Assembly: GCA_965248435.1 (NCBI GenBank)
Contig: OZ252100.1
Coordinates: forward strand, 288,001-352,000
From: Candidatus Latescibacterota bacterium
Lineage (GTDB): Bacteria > Latescibacterota > UBA2968 > GCA-2709665
DNA: 64,000 nt
Direction of reading: 5' to 3'
Of the stretch, positions 40,424 through 50,500 are shown piece after piece. The notes under the pieces were generated by a model. It made no database searches. It had not been told where the DNA came from and was given only the letters and a program-made list of their open reading frames with translations. Made by a program: the position numbers and the translations under genes. Within the stretch, counting starts at the first letter, position 1, and each line of letters opens with the position of its first letter.

Positions 40424-40445
40424 AAGACCGAAACGAACGACAGCA

Positions 40446-40477
40446 AAGGGCCTCGAAAGGAAGTCTTCGAGGCCCTT
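40446..40477. terminator. Hairpin between convergent genes (probable bidirectional terminator)
   Basis: AAGGGCCTCGAA / TTCGAGGCCCTT 12-bp stem. Confidence 0.65.
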
Positions 40478-40503
40478 GCTGCAGTCACTGCTTCACCTGG
40501 CAT

Positions 40504-41061
40504 CTACAGAGCCAGATCGATGAACCCCAGACTCTTCTTGTCGAATTCCCTCAGATCCGGAAGCTCGAACCGGTTGCCATCCACATCGATGACCACTAGC
40601 CGGTGTTCCCCCAACCACTGCGCGTGTTCTGCCACATCTCGCGCCACGAATTCTCGACGTCCCCGGTCGGTCTCGACGTCCCAGTAAGAGATCCCGTAGT
40701 CCGCCTGAACGGAATAGACTTTCTCCACTTGCGCCGTCAGATACCTTGTCTTGAGCTCTTCCAGGACATACGGGCGGGACATCTCCTGGATCTCCTCGAT
40801 ATTCGAGACCATGAAGATCATTTCGTCCTTCGCGTCCAGGAAACAGATCGGCCCATCGGGTTGCGAAAGCGGTGCAGCCCGGACGGCTTTGACCTTCAAG
40901 TAAGAACGGTCTCCGTCGATCGTCAGCCTCAGTTTCCATTCCGGCTCCTTGAAGATCCGCACGTCCTTCGCGTCCACCCTCTCGGGATGATGCACTTCGA
41001 TCGGCGTGGGCTTCCACGCGCCATCTTGATCCGGAGCGTCAATTTTTTGATTCTTGTCCAA
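40504..41061 (-). CDS. DUF1854 domain protein
   Basis: VRAAPLSQPD..I, YWDVETDRG, IDVDGNRF.LPD...D.KS. Confidence 0.75.
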   Translation of the reverse strand: MDKNQKIDAPDQDGAWKPTPIEVHHPERVDAKDVRIFKEPEWKLRLTIDGDRSYLKVKAVRAAPLSQPDGPICFLDAKDEMIFMVSNIEEIQEMSRPYVLEELKTRYLTAQVEKVYSVQADYGISYWDVETDRGRREFVARDVAEHAQWLGEHRLVVIDVDGNRFELPDLREFDKKSLGFIDLAL

Positions 41062-41081
41062 GTTATTTGTCTCACGCTCGA

Positions 41082-43313
41082 CTATGCTGTGATCCCTTCC
41101 TTGCCACCGCCGACCTCGATGACGGCGGTCGTCTCTTTCTGGGTCTGGACGAACCTGTAGAAGATGCCCTTTCGCTCCAGGAGCTCTGCGTGCGTGCCCG
41201 CTTCAGCCACTTTTCCCTCATCCATGACGAGGAGGCGGTCGGCACTCCTCAGCGTAGATAGCCGATGGGCGATCGCGAACGTCGTGCGTCCCTTCACCAG
41301 ATGCGCGATCGCAGCCTGGATCTTCTTTTCCGTCGGTGTGTCCACGGACGACATCGCTTCATCCAGAATCAGGATCCTCGGGTCGTAGAGGATCGCCCGG
41401 GCAATCGAAATCCGCTGCCTCTCTCCGCCGGCCAGGATCTTACCCCCTTCAGCCACCATCGCGTCATAACCTTCAGGTTTGCGTACGATGAATTCGTGTG
41501 CCTCTGCCAGAATCGCGGCCTGGAGGATCTCCTCGAAGGTCGCATCAGGCTTCCCGTAGGCGATGTTTTCTGCGATCGTCGCATCGAACAGGAAAGGCTC
41601 CTGATGTACGACGCCGATCTGCGATCGAAGACTCTTCAGATCGATCTTTCGCATATCCATGCCATCCACTTCGATCGTGCCCATGTTCGGGTCATAAAGT
41701 CGACAGACCAGGTTGATCACAGTCGTCTTCCCGACCCCTGTCTTGCCGACCAGGCCGATCATCTCTCCCGGGAATACATCCAGGTCGATCCCCTTCAGCA
41801 CCGGTTTACCGGGGTCGTATCCGAACACGACGTTCTTGAAGGTAACACGCCCCTCGATTCTGGGGATTTGGATCGCATTTGGGGCCTCGAACGGCTCGGG
41901 ATCGCTGTCGATCACCTCGAAGACCTTCCTGGCCCCGGCGAACGACCTCAACGTAAAATTGTAAAGGGCGCCCAGCCACTGCAGGGGCTCGTATAGCATC
42001 CACAGGTAGCTGATGAAGGCGATCAGAGCGCCCAGCGTCAACTCGTTTCTCAAAATCTGACGTCCGCCGAAGTACCACACGAAAAAGGCGCCGAAACTCA
42101 TCAGAAAGTTTGACAGGGAGAAGAAGACGAACCAGTTTCGCTCTACGCTGATGTTCACCTGACAAACGTCTTCATTTCGGCGATCGAACCGCTCCCCTTC
42201 CCGGGGCTCCTGGGAGAACGCCTTCACGACCCTGATGCCGGTGATCGATTCGTTCAGGTGAGAATGGAGACGGGCCCATTTGTTCGACCACCTCCGAAAG
42301 AGGAGCAGCATCCGCGACCAGACCCTGCTCCCGGCAAAAATGACAAAAGGGATCGGAATGAGGACGAAGATCGTCAGCTCCCAGTTCATGAACGAAAGAA
42401 GGCTTAAGATCCCCGCGGCCATCAGCGCGTTGGAGATCAAGAACGGGATCCCGATGAGATAATACTCTTCAAGCCTGTCCGTATCGGTAGACATGCGTGA
42501 AATCAGCGCGCCGATCTTTCGCCTGTCGTAGAAACGGAGCGGCAGAAACTGAAAATGCCTGAACAGGTCTGTCCGGATGTCCTGAACGGAACGATGACCC
42601 AACCAGCGACTCAGCCACTCCGTGGCTACCTGAGTTATCCACAACATAACCCGCACACCCAGCAGCAAGAGAGCGAGCTGTACCAGGAGGCTCATGTTGG
42701 CGCGAGGTGTAAGCACGTCGTCAATAATGTGCTGTGTGATCTTAGGCGGTACCAGTCCCAGGGCCGTCATGATGACCGTGAGTAGGACCATCAGCGCGAA
42801 TCTCTTCCTGAAGCTGAGCATATATCCGACGATTCGTTTCAGCGTTTGCCACGAACTCCTGCAGAACGAGCACAGGGCCGTCCCTTCAGGCAGCAGCCGA
42901 CGGCACTCCGGACACCGTTTCTTCTCCAACTCGGTCGGCAATACAAGAGGCTCGCCCTTTGACAGCTGGCGGATCCCCTCCGCGACCCCTGCAAACTTGG
43001 GCCTTAGAGACTGAGTGAATGAGAGCGTAAGGGGCTCCCCCGCCTTTCGATCGACCTCGATCTGGCCGGCGCCGACCAGGTCTTCGATGCGCACATCCGC
43101 GACCTCGGATACCGGGAACTGGACGATTCCGTCTTCTCCATCGGCGGGGATTACCAGAAGCGTTTTTTCTGTTATGACCAACCACTGTTGACCGAAGCTT
43201 CTTTCGGCGGAGAGGTCCGTCGCGACCTGGACGAGCACCTCCTCCTCCTCCGGCTTCGCCCTGTCGAGCTTTAAACGGATGTCCTCGGGCAGCTGTTCTT
43301 TGAATGGGTCCAT
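41082..43313 (-). CDS. ABC exporter (TMD+NBD) with an N-terminal extension and zinc ribbon
   Basis: CPEC...CSFC, GKTGVGKT, LAGGERQR, ILDE, AHRLST. Confidence 0.9.
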   Translation of the reverse strand: MDPFKEQLPEDIRLKLDRAKPEEEEVLVQVATDLSAERSFGQQWLVITEKTLLVIPADGEDGIVQFPVSEVADVRIEDLVGAGQIEVDRKAGEPLTLSFTQSLRPKFAGVAEGIRQLSKGEPLVLPTELEKKRCPECRRLLPEGTALCSFCRSSWQTLKRIVGYMLSFRKRFALMVLLTVIMTALGLVPPKITQHIIDDVLTPRANMSLLVQLALLLLGVRVMLWITQVATEWLSRWLGHRSVQDIRTDLFRHFQFLPLRFYDRRKIGALISRMSTDTDRLEEYYLIGIPFLISNALMAAGILSLLSFMNWELTIFVLIPIPFVIFAGSRVWSRMLLLFRRWSNKWARLHSHLNESITGIRVVKAFSQEPREGERFDRRNEDVCQVNISVERNWFVFFSLSNFLMSFGAFFVWYFGGRQILRNELTLGALIAFISYLWMLYEPLQWLGALYNFTLRSFAGARKVFEVIDSDPEPFEAPNAIQIPRIEGRVTFKNVVFGYDPGKPVLKGIDLDVFPGEMIGLVGKTGVGKTTVINLVCRLYDPNMGTIEVDGMDMRKIDLKSLRSQIGVVHQEPFLFDATIAENIAYGKPDATFEEILQAAILAEAHEFIVRKPEGYDAMVAEGGKILAGGERQRISIARAILYDPRILILDEAMSSVDTPTEKKIQAAIAHLVKGRTTFAIAHRLSTLRSADRLLVMDEGKVAEAGTHAELLERKGIFYRFVQTQKETTAVIEVGGGKEGITA

Positions 43314-43321
43314 GTGTTCCC

Positions 43322-45556
43322 TTATTCCGCGACCGCGATCATCTCCGCGATTTCCTGCTGCAGCTTCACGAGCCCGTAAAACTTCCCCCGTTTCTCGAGA
43401 AGTTCCTCGTGGGTACCGACCTCTACGACCCGACCGTCCTCAAGAACGACCAGGCGGTCTGCGTCCCTCAACGTGGAGAGGCGGTGCGCGATCGCGAACG
43501 TCGTTCGTCCCTTCGTGAGCCGACTGATCGCCTGTTGGATCTTCTTCTCCGTCTCCACATCTACCGAGGAGGTCGCTTCATCCAGGATCAGGATCTTCGG
43601 ATCGTGCAGAATGGCCCTCGCGAGGGATACGCGCTGTCTTTCACCTCCGGAGAGGCTGGCCCCGCGCTCCCCGACCTGGGAATCGTAGCCGTCCGGCTTC
43701 GCCACGATAAAATCGTGCGCGTTCGCCGCCCGGGCCGCCGCCAGAATTTCTTCGAAACCCGCACCCGGCCTCCCGTAGGCGATGTTCTCTGCGATAGAGC
43801 CGCTGAAGAGCAGGGGCTCCTGGAGCACGATCCCGATCTGATTGCGCAGATCCCTCAGGCGGATCTTACGCACGTCGACGCCATCGATCTCGATGGACCC
43901 GCGGTCCAATTCGTAGAATCGGCAGATCAGATTCACCGTGGTCGTCTTCCCTACCCCTGACTTTCCGACCAGGCCGATCATCTCGCCCGGCGCAACGTCC
44001 AGGTCGATGCCGTTCAGAACCGGCTTGCTCTTGTCGTATCCGAACCTGACATCCCGGAACCGAATGCTGCCCTCAATGTCCGGCATGGCCACGGCGTCCG
44101 GATCCTCGTAGGCCTCCGCGGGGGTATCCGCGATCTCGAAGATGCGCTCGGCCCCCGCAAAAGCCCGTGACATCCAGCTGTTGACTTGTCCGAACCAGCG
44201 AAGCGGACCGTAGAGCAGCCACATGTAGCTGTAGAAAGCCAGGAGGGTGCCCAGGGTCAACTCGCCTCGGATGACTTCCTCACCGCCGAAGAACCAGACG
44301 ATGACGACGCCGAGCCCGGTGAGAAACGTCATGGTCGCAAAGAAAAAGATCTGGTTGACTTCGGTCCTCACCGCGGTTCGCGTGAGATTCTGTGCCAGTT
44401 TCTCGAATACTGCGATCTCTTTGTTCTCCCCCCCGAAGGCCTTGACGACCCGAATGCCCCTCAGCGCCTCGTTGGTTCTGGAGATCGCGTCGGACCAGGC
44501 CTGCATCCACTTCATGAAGACCACCCGCATCCGGCGCCAGTAGAAGGTGGCCCACACCGCGATGATGGGAACAGGAAGCAGGACATAGATCGTCAGTTTC
44601 CAGCTCATGTAGAACAGGACGCCCAAAATGCCCACGAGCATAAGACCGTTTATGATGAGATAGGGCAGTCCGTCGACCAGGAACTCCTGGAGGCGGTTGC
44701 TGTCCCTCGTCACCCGGGACATCACGGCTCCGACCTGGCGTTTGTCGTAGAACGAGAGCGAAAGCAGCTCCAGCCGCTTGTAGAGCTGGCTCCGGATATC
44801 CGCCGTCACCCGAGCACTCAGGTAGGTCACGGTCCAGCCGTGGATCCATTCCGCGGCCCAGGTCACGACCCGCACGCCGAAGAGCGCTAGGACGAGCAGG
44901 CCCAGGAGTGAGAATCGTGCCTCAGAACCGAACGCCCCCCCGTCGACCGGCACCAACACGTCGTCCACGATCCGCTTCGTAATCAGAGGTGGGGCGAGCT
45001 CTGCAACAGTCGTGAGCACCGAAGAAAAGGCCAGGAACCCAGCTTGCCTCTTATAGGGCTTGAGGTATCCGGCGATTCGCCCAAGCGTTGCCATCCTCCG
45101 GATGCACGAGGGACAGACGCCGTTCTTTTCGGGGAGAGGCCGGTTGCACTTCTCGCAGCGAATCCGGTCCAGCTTTGTTTCGATCGCCAGGGACTCCCCT
45201 TTTCGCAGCTGTTCGATGCCCACCGCTACGTTCGCGAACTTGGCGGCCAGCGTATGCGTGTAGGGGACCTGGACCGTCGGCTTCCCGCGGCGCTCGATTT
45301 CGAGGCGGGCGCCCCCGATGAGGGATTCTGTACGGGCTTCGATGATGTCCCCCATCGGCACATCGACGCATTCCGAAGGGCCTCCACCCCACAAAACCAG
45401 AACCCGCTTCTCCGTGACGACGACCCACGGCGTATGGTAAACGCCGTCCGCGTCTATGTCGGAGGAAACTTGAATCAACACCTCCTCGTCTTCGTCGAGG
45501 AGGGTTCTGAGGTAACCTTCGATGCCGTTCAAAGAGGCTTCAAGTAATTTCTTCAC
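43322..45556 (-). CDS. ABC exporter (TMD+NBD) with an N-terminal extension and zinc ribbon
   Basis: CEKC...CPSC, GKSGVGKT, LSGGERQR, ILDEATSS, AHRLST. Confidence 0.9.
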   Translation of the reverse strand: MKKLLEASLNGIEGYLRTLLDEDEEVLIQVSSDIDADGVYHTPWVVVTEKRVLVLWGGGPSECVDVPMGDIIEARTESLIGGARLEIERRGKPTVQVPYTHTLAAKFANVAVGIEQLRKGESLAIETKLDRIRCEKCNRPLPEKNGVCPSCIRRMATLGRIAGYLKPYKRQAGFLAFSSVLTTVAELAPPLITKRIVDDVLVPVDGGAFGSEARFSLLGLLVLALFGVRVVTWAAEWIHGWTVTYLSARVTADIRSQLYKRLELLSLSFYDKRQVGAVMSRVTRDSNRLQEFLVDGLPYLIINGLMLVGILGVLFYMSWKLTIYVLLPVPIIAVWATFYWRRMRVVFMKWMQAWSDAISRTNEALRGIRVVKAFGGENKEIAVFEKLAQNLTRTAVRTEVNQIFFFATMTFLTGLGVVIVWFFGGEEVIRGELTLGTLLAFYSYMWLLYGPLRWFGQVNSWMSRAFAGAERIFEIADTPAEAYEDPDAVAMPDIEGSIRFRDVRFGYDKSKPVLNGIDLDVAPGEMIGLVGKSGVGKTTTVNLICRFYELDRGSIEIDGVDVRKIRLRDLRNQIGIVLQEPLLFSGSIAENIAYGRPGAGFEEILAAARAANAHDFIVAKPDGYDSQVGERGASLSGGERQRVSLARAILHDPKILILDEATSSVDVETEKKIQQAISRLTKGRTTFAIAHRLSTLRDADRLVVLEDGRVVEVGTHEELLEKRGKFYGLVKLQQEIAEMIAVAE

Positions 45557-45630
45557 GGATTACCCTTATTCTACTGTCTCTCCAATGTTTATATAAATCT
45601 CGGGCTCTAAGACCGGTTCCATTACGGGGT

Positions 45631-45663
45631 AAAAAAATAGCCATCCAAATGTTGAGGATGGCT
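45631..45663 (-). terminator. Intrinsic terminator
   Basis: AGCCATCC...GGATGGCT stem followed by ATTTTTTT on the minus strand. Confidence 0.7.
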
Positions 45664-45712
45664 TCAAATCGGCCCGTTTCAATCCCGGCAACGTTTAGAT
45701 CTTCCTACGACT

Positions 45713-45748
45713 TTATATGAACAGTGTGCCGCCGCCAAGCACCTTCAT
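45713..45748 (-). CDS. Putative 11-aa peptide MKVLGGGTLFI
   Basis: AAGGAG 6 nt upstream of the ATG, upstream promoter, downstream terminator. Confidence 0.5.
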   Translation of the reverse strand: MKVLGGGTLFI

Positions 45749-45774
45749 TTTAGACTCCTTTGTGGGTTAACTAA

Positions 45775-45803
45775 ACGCTATAAACTTCATCCCTCCAAGT
45801 CAA
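45775..45803 (-). promoter_or_regulatory. Sigma70-type promoter for the small ORF
   Basis: TTGACT-17 bp-TAGCGT. Confidence 0.5.
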
Positions 45804-45839
45804 GTGAAAATTGCGATCTTCGCTTCTACTCCGAAGGCG

Positions 45840-46490
45840 TTACGGCACCAACTCGACCGTGCCCCAAAGACTGGGGTCATAGGATACCGGCAGAGGCTCG
45901 TCTGCCGTCCAGGACTGCCTCCCTCCTCTCCCATCCTTGAGCAGGTAGCTGAATCCCAGCCGGTTGTTCGACTCCGGATCGAAACCGATGAGGACTTCCG
46001 AAGGCAGGTGCATCTCCATTCGGTATCCTGACTTGAGGACCCTAGACGCAACGTTTAGCTTTTGGGGATCGCACAATCTGCCGTACGCGCGGGCGCGTCG
46101 GATGCGCATCTGTCTGCCGATCGGCAATCGTCCTTTCTGCCCCGCCCCTCCGGGAAGGAAGTAGAAGTGATGACAGTAGCGACTCGCCCTGTGGACTTCT
46201 CGCACATCGCGTGTGTCGATCCAGATCTGGAGCGAGTCTCCTCTAAGCGGCTGTTTCGGCAGGACGTCGGCACCGGAGCCCTTGACAGAGATTGCAAAGT
46301 AGAGTCCAGCTTCGTTCCAACTCATAAAGAGGTCCGCGAAGGGCGCCCCTCCATCGAGGGTGCTTAGATCGGGGATCTTGTAGCGACCGCCCCAGTCTCC
46401 CAGGTTGCCGTCCAGCTTTGGGGCTTTGGCCCGGTAGGGACACGAGTAGGCGAACTTGAAGAAGGCTCGATTCGGGATCTTGACGTTCAC
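45840..46490 (-). CDS. CBM9-like/DOMON-like domain protein
   Basis: LDGNLGDW, WNEAGLYFA, GDSLQIWIDTR. The GTG start overlaps the MTase stop (GTGA). Confidence 0.6.
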   Translation of the reverse strand: MNVKIPNRAFFKFAYSCPYRAKAPKLDGNLGDWGGRYKIPDLSTLDGGAPFADLFMSWNEAGLYFAISVKGSGADVLPKQPLRGDSLQIWIDTRDVREVHRASRYCHHFYFLPGGAGQKGRLPIGRQMRIRRARAYGRLCDPQKLNVASRVLKSGYRMEMHLPSEVLIGFDPESNNRLGFSYLLKDGRGGRQSWTADEPLPVSYDPSLWGTVELVP

Positions 46491-47542
46491 GCCTGCTTCC
46501 TCAAGCAGAAGAGGTATTCCCTCACCCAATCGCCTTTATAAACCCTGTTGTCCCGGTCAACATCGGCCCGGAAACGGGGATACCTCAGGGTCTCGACTTC
46601 GACCTCCCCGTGCTTCATCATCACCTTCTTGATGTCGTTCCTGGACATGATCCCTTCATTATTATAACTCAGGAAGACGTGGTTGGCAGAAGTGGACCGA
46701 ACGATCTCTTCCAGAGCGGGAAGCGCGCGCTTTTTCATGCAGAATTCCGATTTCTGATCCTGGTAGGGCCTGAGCCCCGTCGTTCCGTAAACCTTCGGTT
46801 TGTCGTAGCGTGCGATCGTTTCCAGAACGTGATAGTTCGCGCAGTACTGCCGGTGATTGTATGGCGGATCCATGTAAAGCACGTCGCAGTCCAGCTCCTG
46901 GACGACCTGAAGCCCGTCCTGATTGAAGGTGGCGTGATTCAGTTCGGAGGGAAAAACAGGGACCTTCCGGAGCAGAAGGGGTTTTCGCGCCGTCTTCTTG
47001 ATGTGCTTCAGGAACGCACCGTAGATCGAGGCCGTGTTCGCGACGCGGTCGGCCGCGTCGATCAGACTGGCCAGAAGGTAATAGTATTCATCTTCGTTCA
47101 GTCGACCCGTCCGCCGCCATCTTTCGATCTGGGTGCGCACAGCGTCGCAGCGCATGCCATTTTCGTCCGAAAAATACTGTCGTTTCACCGCCGACTGCTT
47201 CGTCCCCCCAGGACAATAGTTCTGGTAGATGAATCCTTCTACGCCCTCCAGCCCGTTCAGGAAGGACAGCACGCCTTCTGCGCCATCCAGGCGGCCGTTG
47301 TGCCGACTCAAACCGTCGAATTCCGGCATCCGGTTGATCTGAACCGCAGCGCGATTGAGGCAGTACGCGTAGTGTTGAATGTCGTTCGAAGCGATTCGAA
47401 ACCCGAGCTGTTTGAAGCGGAGCCCGACAATACCTGTGCCGGCGAACAGATCGCAGAACAGCCCGCGGCGCGGACCTACGCGCTTCAAAATCCCGCGCTC
47501 CAGAAAATCGATGAGTGAATATTTGCTGCCGATGTAGTTCAT
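46487..47542 (-). CDS. D12-class N6-adenine DNA methyltransferase (M.NlaIII-like), orphan
   Basis: MNYIGSK, CDLFAGTGIVG, LYMDPPYN, FLSYNNEG. Confidence 0.85.
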   Translation of the reverse strand: MNYIGSKYSLIDFLERGILKRVGPRRGLFCDLFAGTGIVGLRFKQLGFRIASNDIQHYAYCLNRAAVQINRMPEFDGLSRHNGRLDGAEGVLSFLNGLEGVEGFIYQNYCPGGTKQSAVKRQYFSDENGMRCDAVRTQIERWRRTGRLNEDEYYYLLASLIDAADRVANTASIYGAFLKHIKKTARKPLLLRKVPVFPSELNHATFNQDGLQVVQELDCDVLYMDPPYNHRQYCANYHVLETIARYDKPKVYGTTGLRPYQDQKSEFCMKKRALPALEEIVRSTSANHVFLSYNNEGIMSRNDIKKVMMKHGEVEVETLRYPRFRADVDRDNRVYKGDWVREYLFCLRKQA

Positions 47543-50500
47543 GGCAAGACGAGTTCGGCCTGTCGTTTGTTCCGGGAACGACGTCGGACTGCAGGTCTCG
47601 GGGGCAGTAGCTCTTTCAGAAACCGTCCCGTATGGGACTCTGGAGACTCCGCCACCTCCTCGGGAGTACCAGAGGCTACGATGAAGCCGCCCTCTTCCCC
47701 TCCTTCAGGACCCAGATCGATCACCCAATCGGCCGTCTTGATCACATCCAGGTTGTGCTCGATCACGATGACCGTATTCCCTGCATCTACGAGCCAGTTC
47801 AGAACATCCAGAAGCCTCTGGATATCCGCGACGTGGAGACCGGTGGTCGGCTCATCAAGGAGGTAGACCGTCCTCCCGGTGTTCGGTCGAGAGAGTTCCT
47901 TGGCCAGCTTGACCCTCTGGGCCTCTCCCCCGGACAACGTCGTAGAGGCCTGACCCAGCTTGAGGTAGCCGAGGCCCACATCGTCCAGGGTCTTCAAAGG
48001 CCTCTGCACTCTGGGCACGTTCCCGAAGATTGCCAGGGCTTCTGACAGCGTCATGTCCAGCACGTCCGCGATCGATCGCCCTTTATAGAGGACGTCCAGG
48101 ACGTCCCGGTTGTAGCGTTTTCCGTCGCAGACCTCACAGGTCACCCAGACGTCAGGCAAGAAATGCATCTCGATGCACCGCGATCCCAATCCCTCGCACG
48201 CCTCACAGCGCCCCTTCCGGCTGTTGAAACTGAACTGCCCGGCCTGATATCCTTTGACCTTCGCATCAGGCAGTTGGCTATACAGCTGCCGAATCGCATC
48301 GAACGCCTTCACGTATGTTGCCGGGTTGCTCCTCGGTGTAAACCCGATCGGGGCCTGATCGATGTCGATCACCTTGTCGACCTGCTCCAGTCCGGTCACC
48401 TCGTCGTGTTCGCCCCACGCCTGGTGGGCGCGGTTGACCTTCGTCGCGAGTGCCCCGAAAAGGACGTCATTGACGAGTGAACTTTTTCCTGACCCGGATA
48501 CTCCGGTAACGCACGTGAACGTAGAAAGCGGAAACGCAACCGTCAGATCCTTCAAATTGTTCTGCCTGGCCCCCTTCACGACGAGCGTTTCCTGGTCAGC
48601 GGGCCTGCGGGACTCCGGGACGTCGATCCCCAGACGCCCTTTGAGGTAGCGCGCGGTCAGAGAGCCCCCTCTGAGTCCGAGCCGCTTGGGGCGCCCCTCA
48701 GCGACCATTGTGCCTCCCTGGGATCCCGCCCCCGGACCGAAATCCAGGATATGATCGGCTGCCTCCAGGGTTTCGCGGTCGTGTTCGACGACAAGAAGCG
48801 TATTCCCGAGATCCCTGAGTCGTTTGAGCGCTGCGAGCAGGCGTCGGTTGTCGCGTTGATGGAGGCCGATCGTCGGCTCGTCCAGCACGTAGAGCACCCC
48901 GGTCAATCCGGACCCGATCTGGCTCGCCAGGCGGATCCGCTGCGCCTCTCCGCCCGATAACGTGGGCGCTCTCCTCGAGAGCGAAAGGTAGCCCAGTCCT
49001 ACCTCGTTCAGGAAGGTGAGCCGGGTTTGAATCTCCTGAATCACCTCGCCCGCCGCCTGCTGGTCACGGGCGCTGAGCGCCATCGCATGAAACCACGAAC
49101 GCGTCTCCTCGATCGGCAGGTCTGTGGTTTCCGGCAACGTCCTTCCTCGAAACCTGACGGCAGCGCTTTCCGGATGAAGTCGCGACCCTCGACAGGCAGG
49201 GCAGGCCACATCCTGTACCAGCTCACCCATCTCCCGCCGAAATCCGGTCGAGAGCCGGACGAGACCCTCAACGGTCGGAAACAATCCTTTGTACTGAAGC
49301 TTCAGGCCTCCGGGGACCTCCAGCCACCGGTCTCCCAGGCCATAGAGGAGCGCTTCGAGGGCCTGCCCGGGCAGGTCTGAGATTGGTGAGTCCAGGCCGA
49401 AGCCGGCCTCTCTGGAGACCGCCTTCAAAAGGTCCAAAAGCTGGCCGCTCGGCCTCCCCCAGGGCAGCACCGCACCTTCGTTGACCGACAGTCTGGAGTT
49501 CGGGATCAACGTGTTCCGACCCATCCCCCTCTGCGTCCCAAGACCTTCGCACGCAGGACACCAGCCGTCCGGACTGTTGAACGAGAGGCGCTGCGGCGTC
49601 AGTTCCTCGAAACTCCCCCCGCAGGATGGGCAGGAGAGGTGCTGGCTGAATCGGCTCTCAGCTTCGTCATCCGGCGACGCGACGACCACGATGCCGCCGG
49701 ACAGGTCCAGCGCCATCTCCGTCGAATCCGCGATCCGCTTTCGATCCTGCTCGCCTGTCTTGATCCGGTCTACCAGGACCTCGAAGCGGTGGGTCAGACG
49801 ATGGTCGATCTCGATCGGATCCTCGAGATCGAACACCACCCCATCCAGCCTGCCCCGGACGAATCCCTTGCGTCGCGCCCGCTCGATCAGTGTCGGATAG
49901 TCCTCGCCACGCCCGGGCGTCCTGGGGGCCAGGAGGTAGAGTCGTCTCCCCTCGGGAATCTCCAGGATGCGGTCAACGATCTCCTGGGCAGACTGCGCAC
50001 CGGCCTCCACGTCGCATTCGGGGCAGACGACGGCGCCCAACATCCCGAAGAGGGCGCGCAGGTAGTCGTAAACCTCAGTGATCGTTCCGACCGTAGATCT
50101 GGGATTCTTGCTCGCTGCCTTTTGCTCGATCGAAATCGCAGGGGACAGCCCCACGACACGATCCACCCTTGGCTTCTGGGCCTGCCCCAGGAACTGACGG
50201 GCATAGGCCGAAAGCGACTCGACGTAGCGGCGCTGGCCCTCTGCGAAGACCGTGTCCAGCGCCAGCGAGGTCTTCCCTGAGCCGGACACCCCGGACACTA
50301 CGGTCATCTTCTCCCGAGGGATCTTTACGTCTACGTTCTTCAAGTTATGTTCTCTCGCCCCGAGCACCTCGATCTCCCGGATCCGCTCGTCCAGACGCCG
50401 GGTCTTCTTCCGGCTGTCGGCCGCCCCATTCCCGCGGGCCCTCCCGTTTCCGATCGCCCTGCCGTTCAGCACGGGGCAGAGCGCCTGTCCTGTGTGGGAG

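Noticed and set aside
46487-47542. Complete restriction-modification or defence system
   Set aside because: No endonuclease-like neighbour, and the flanking genes are uvrA and a CBM9-like protein.
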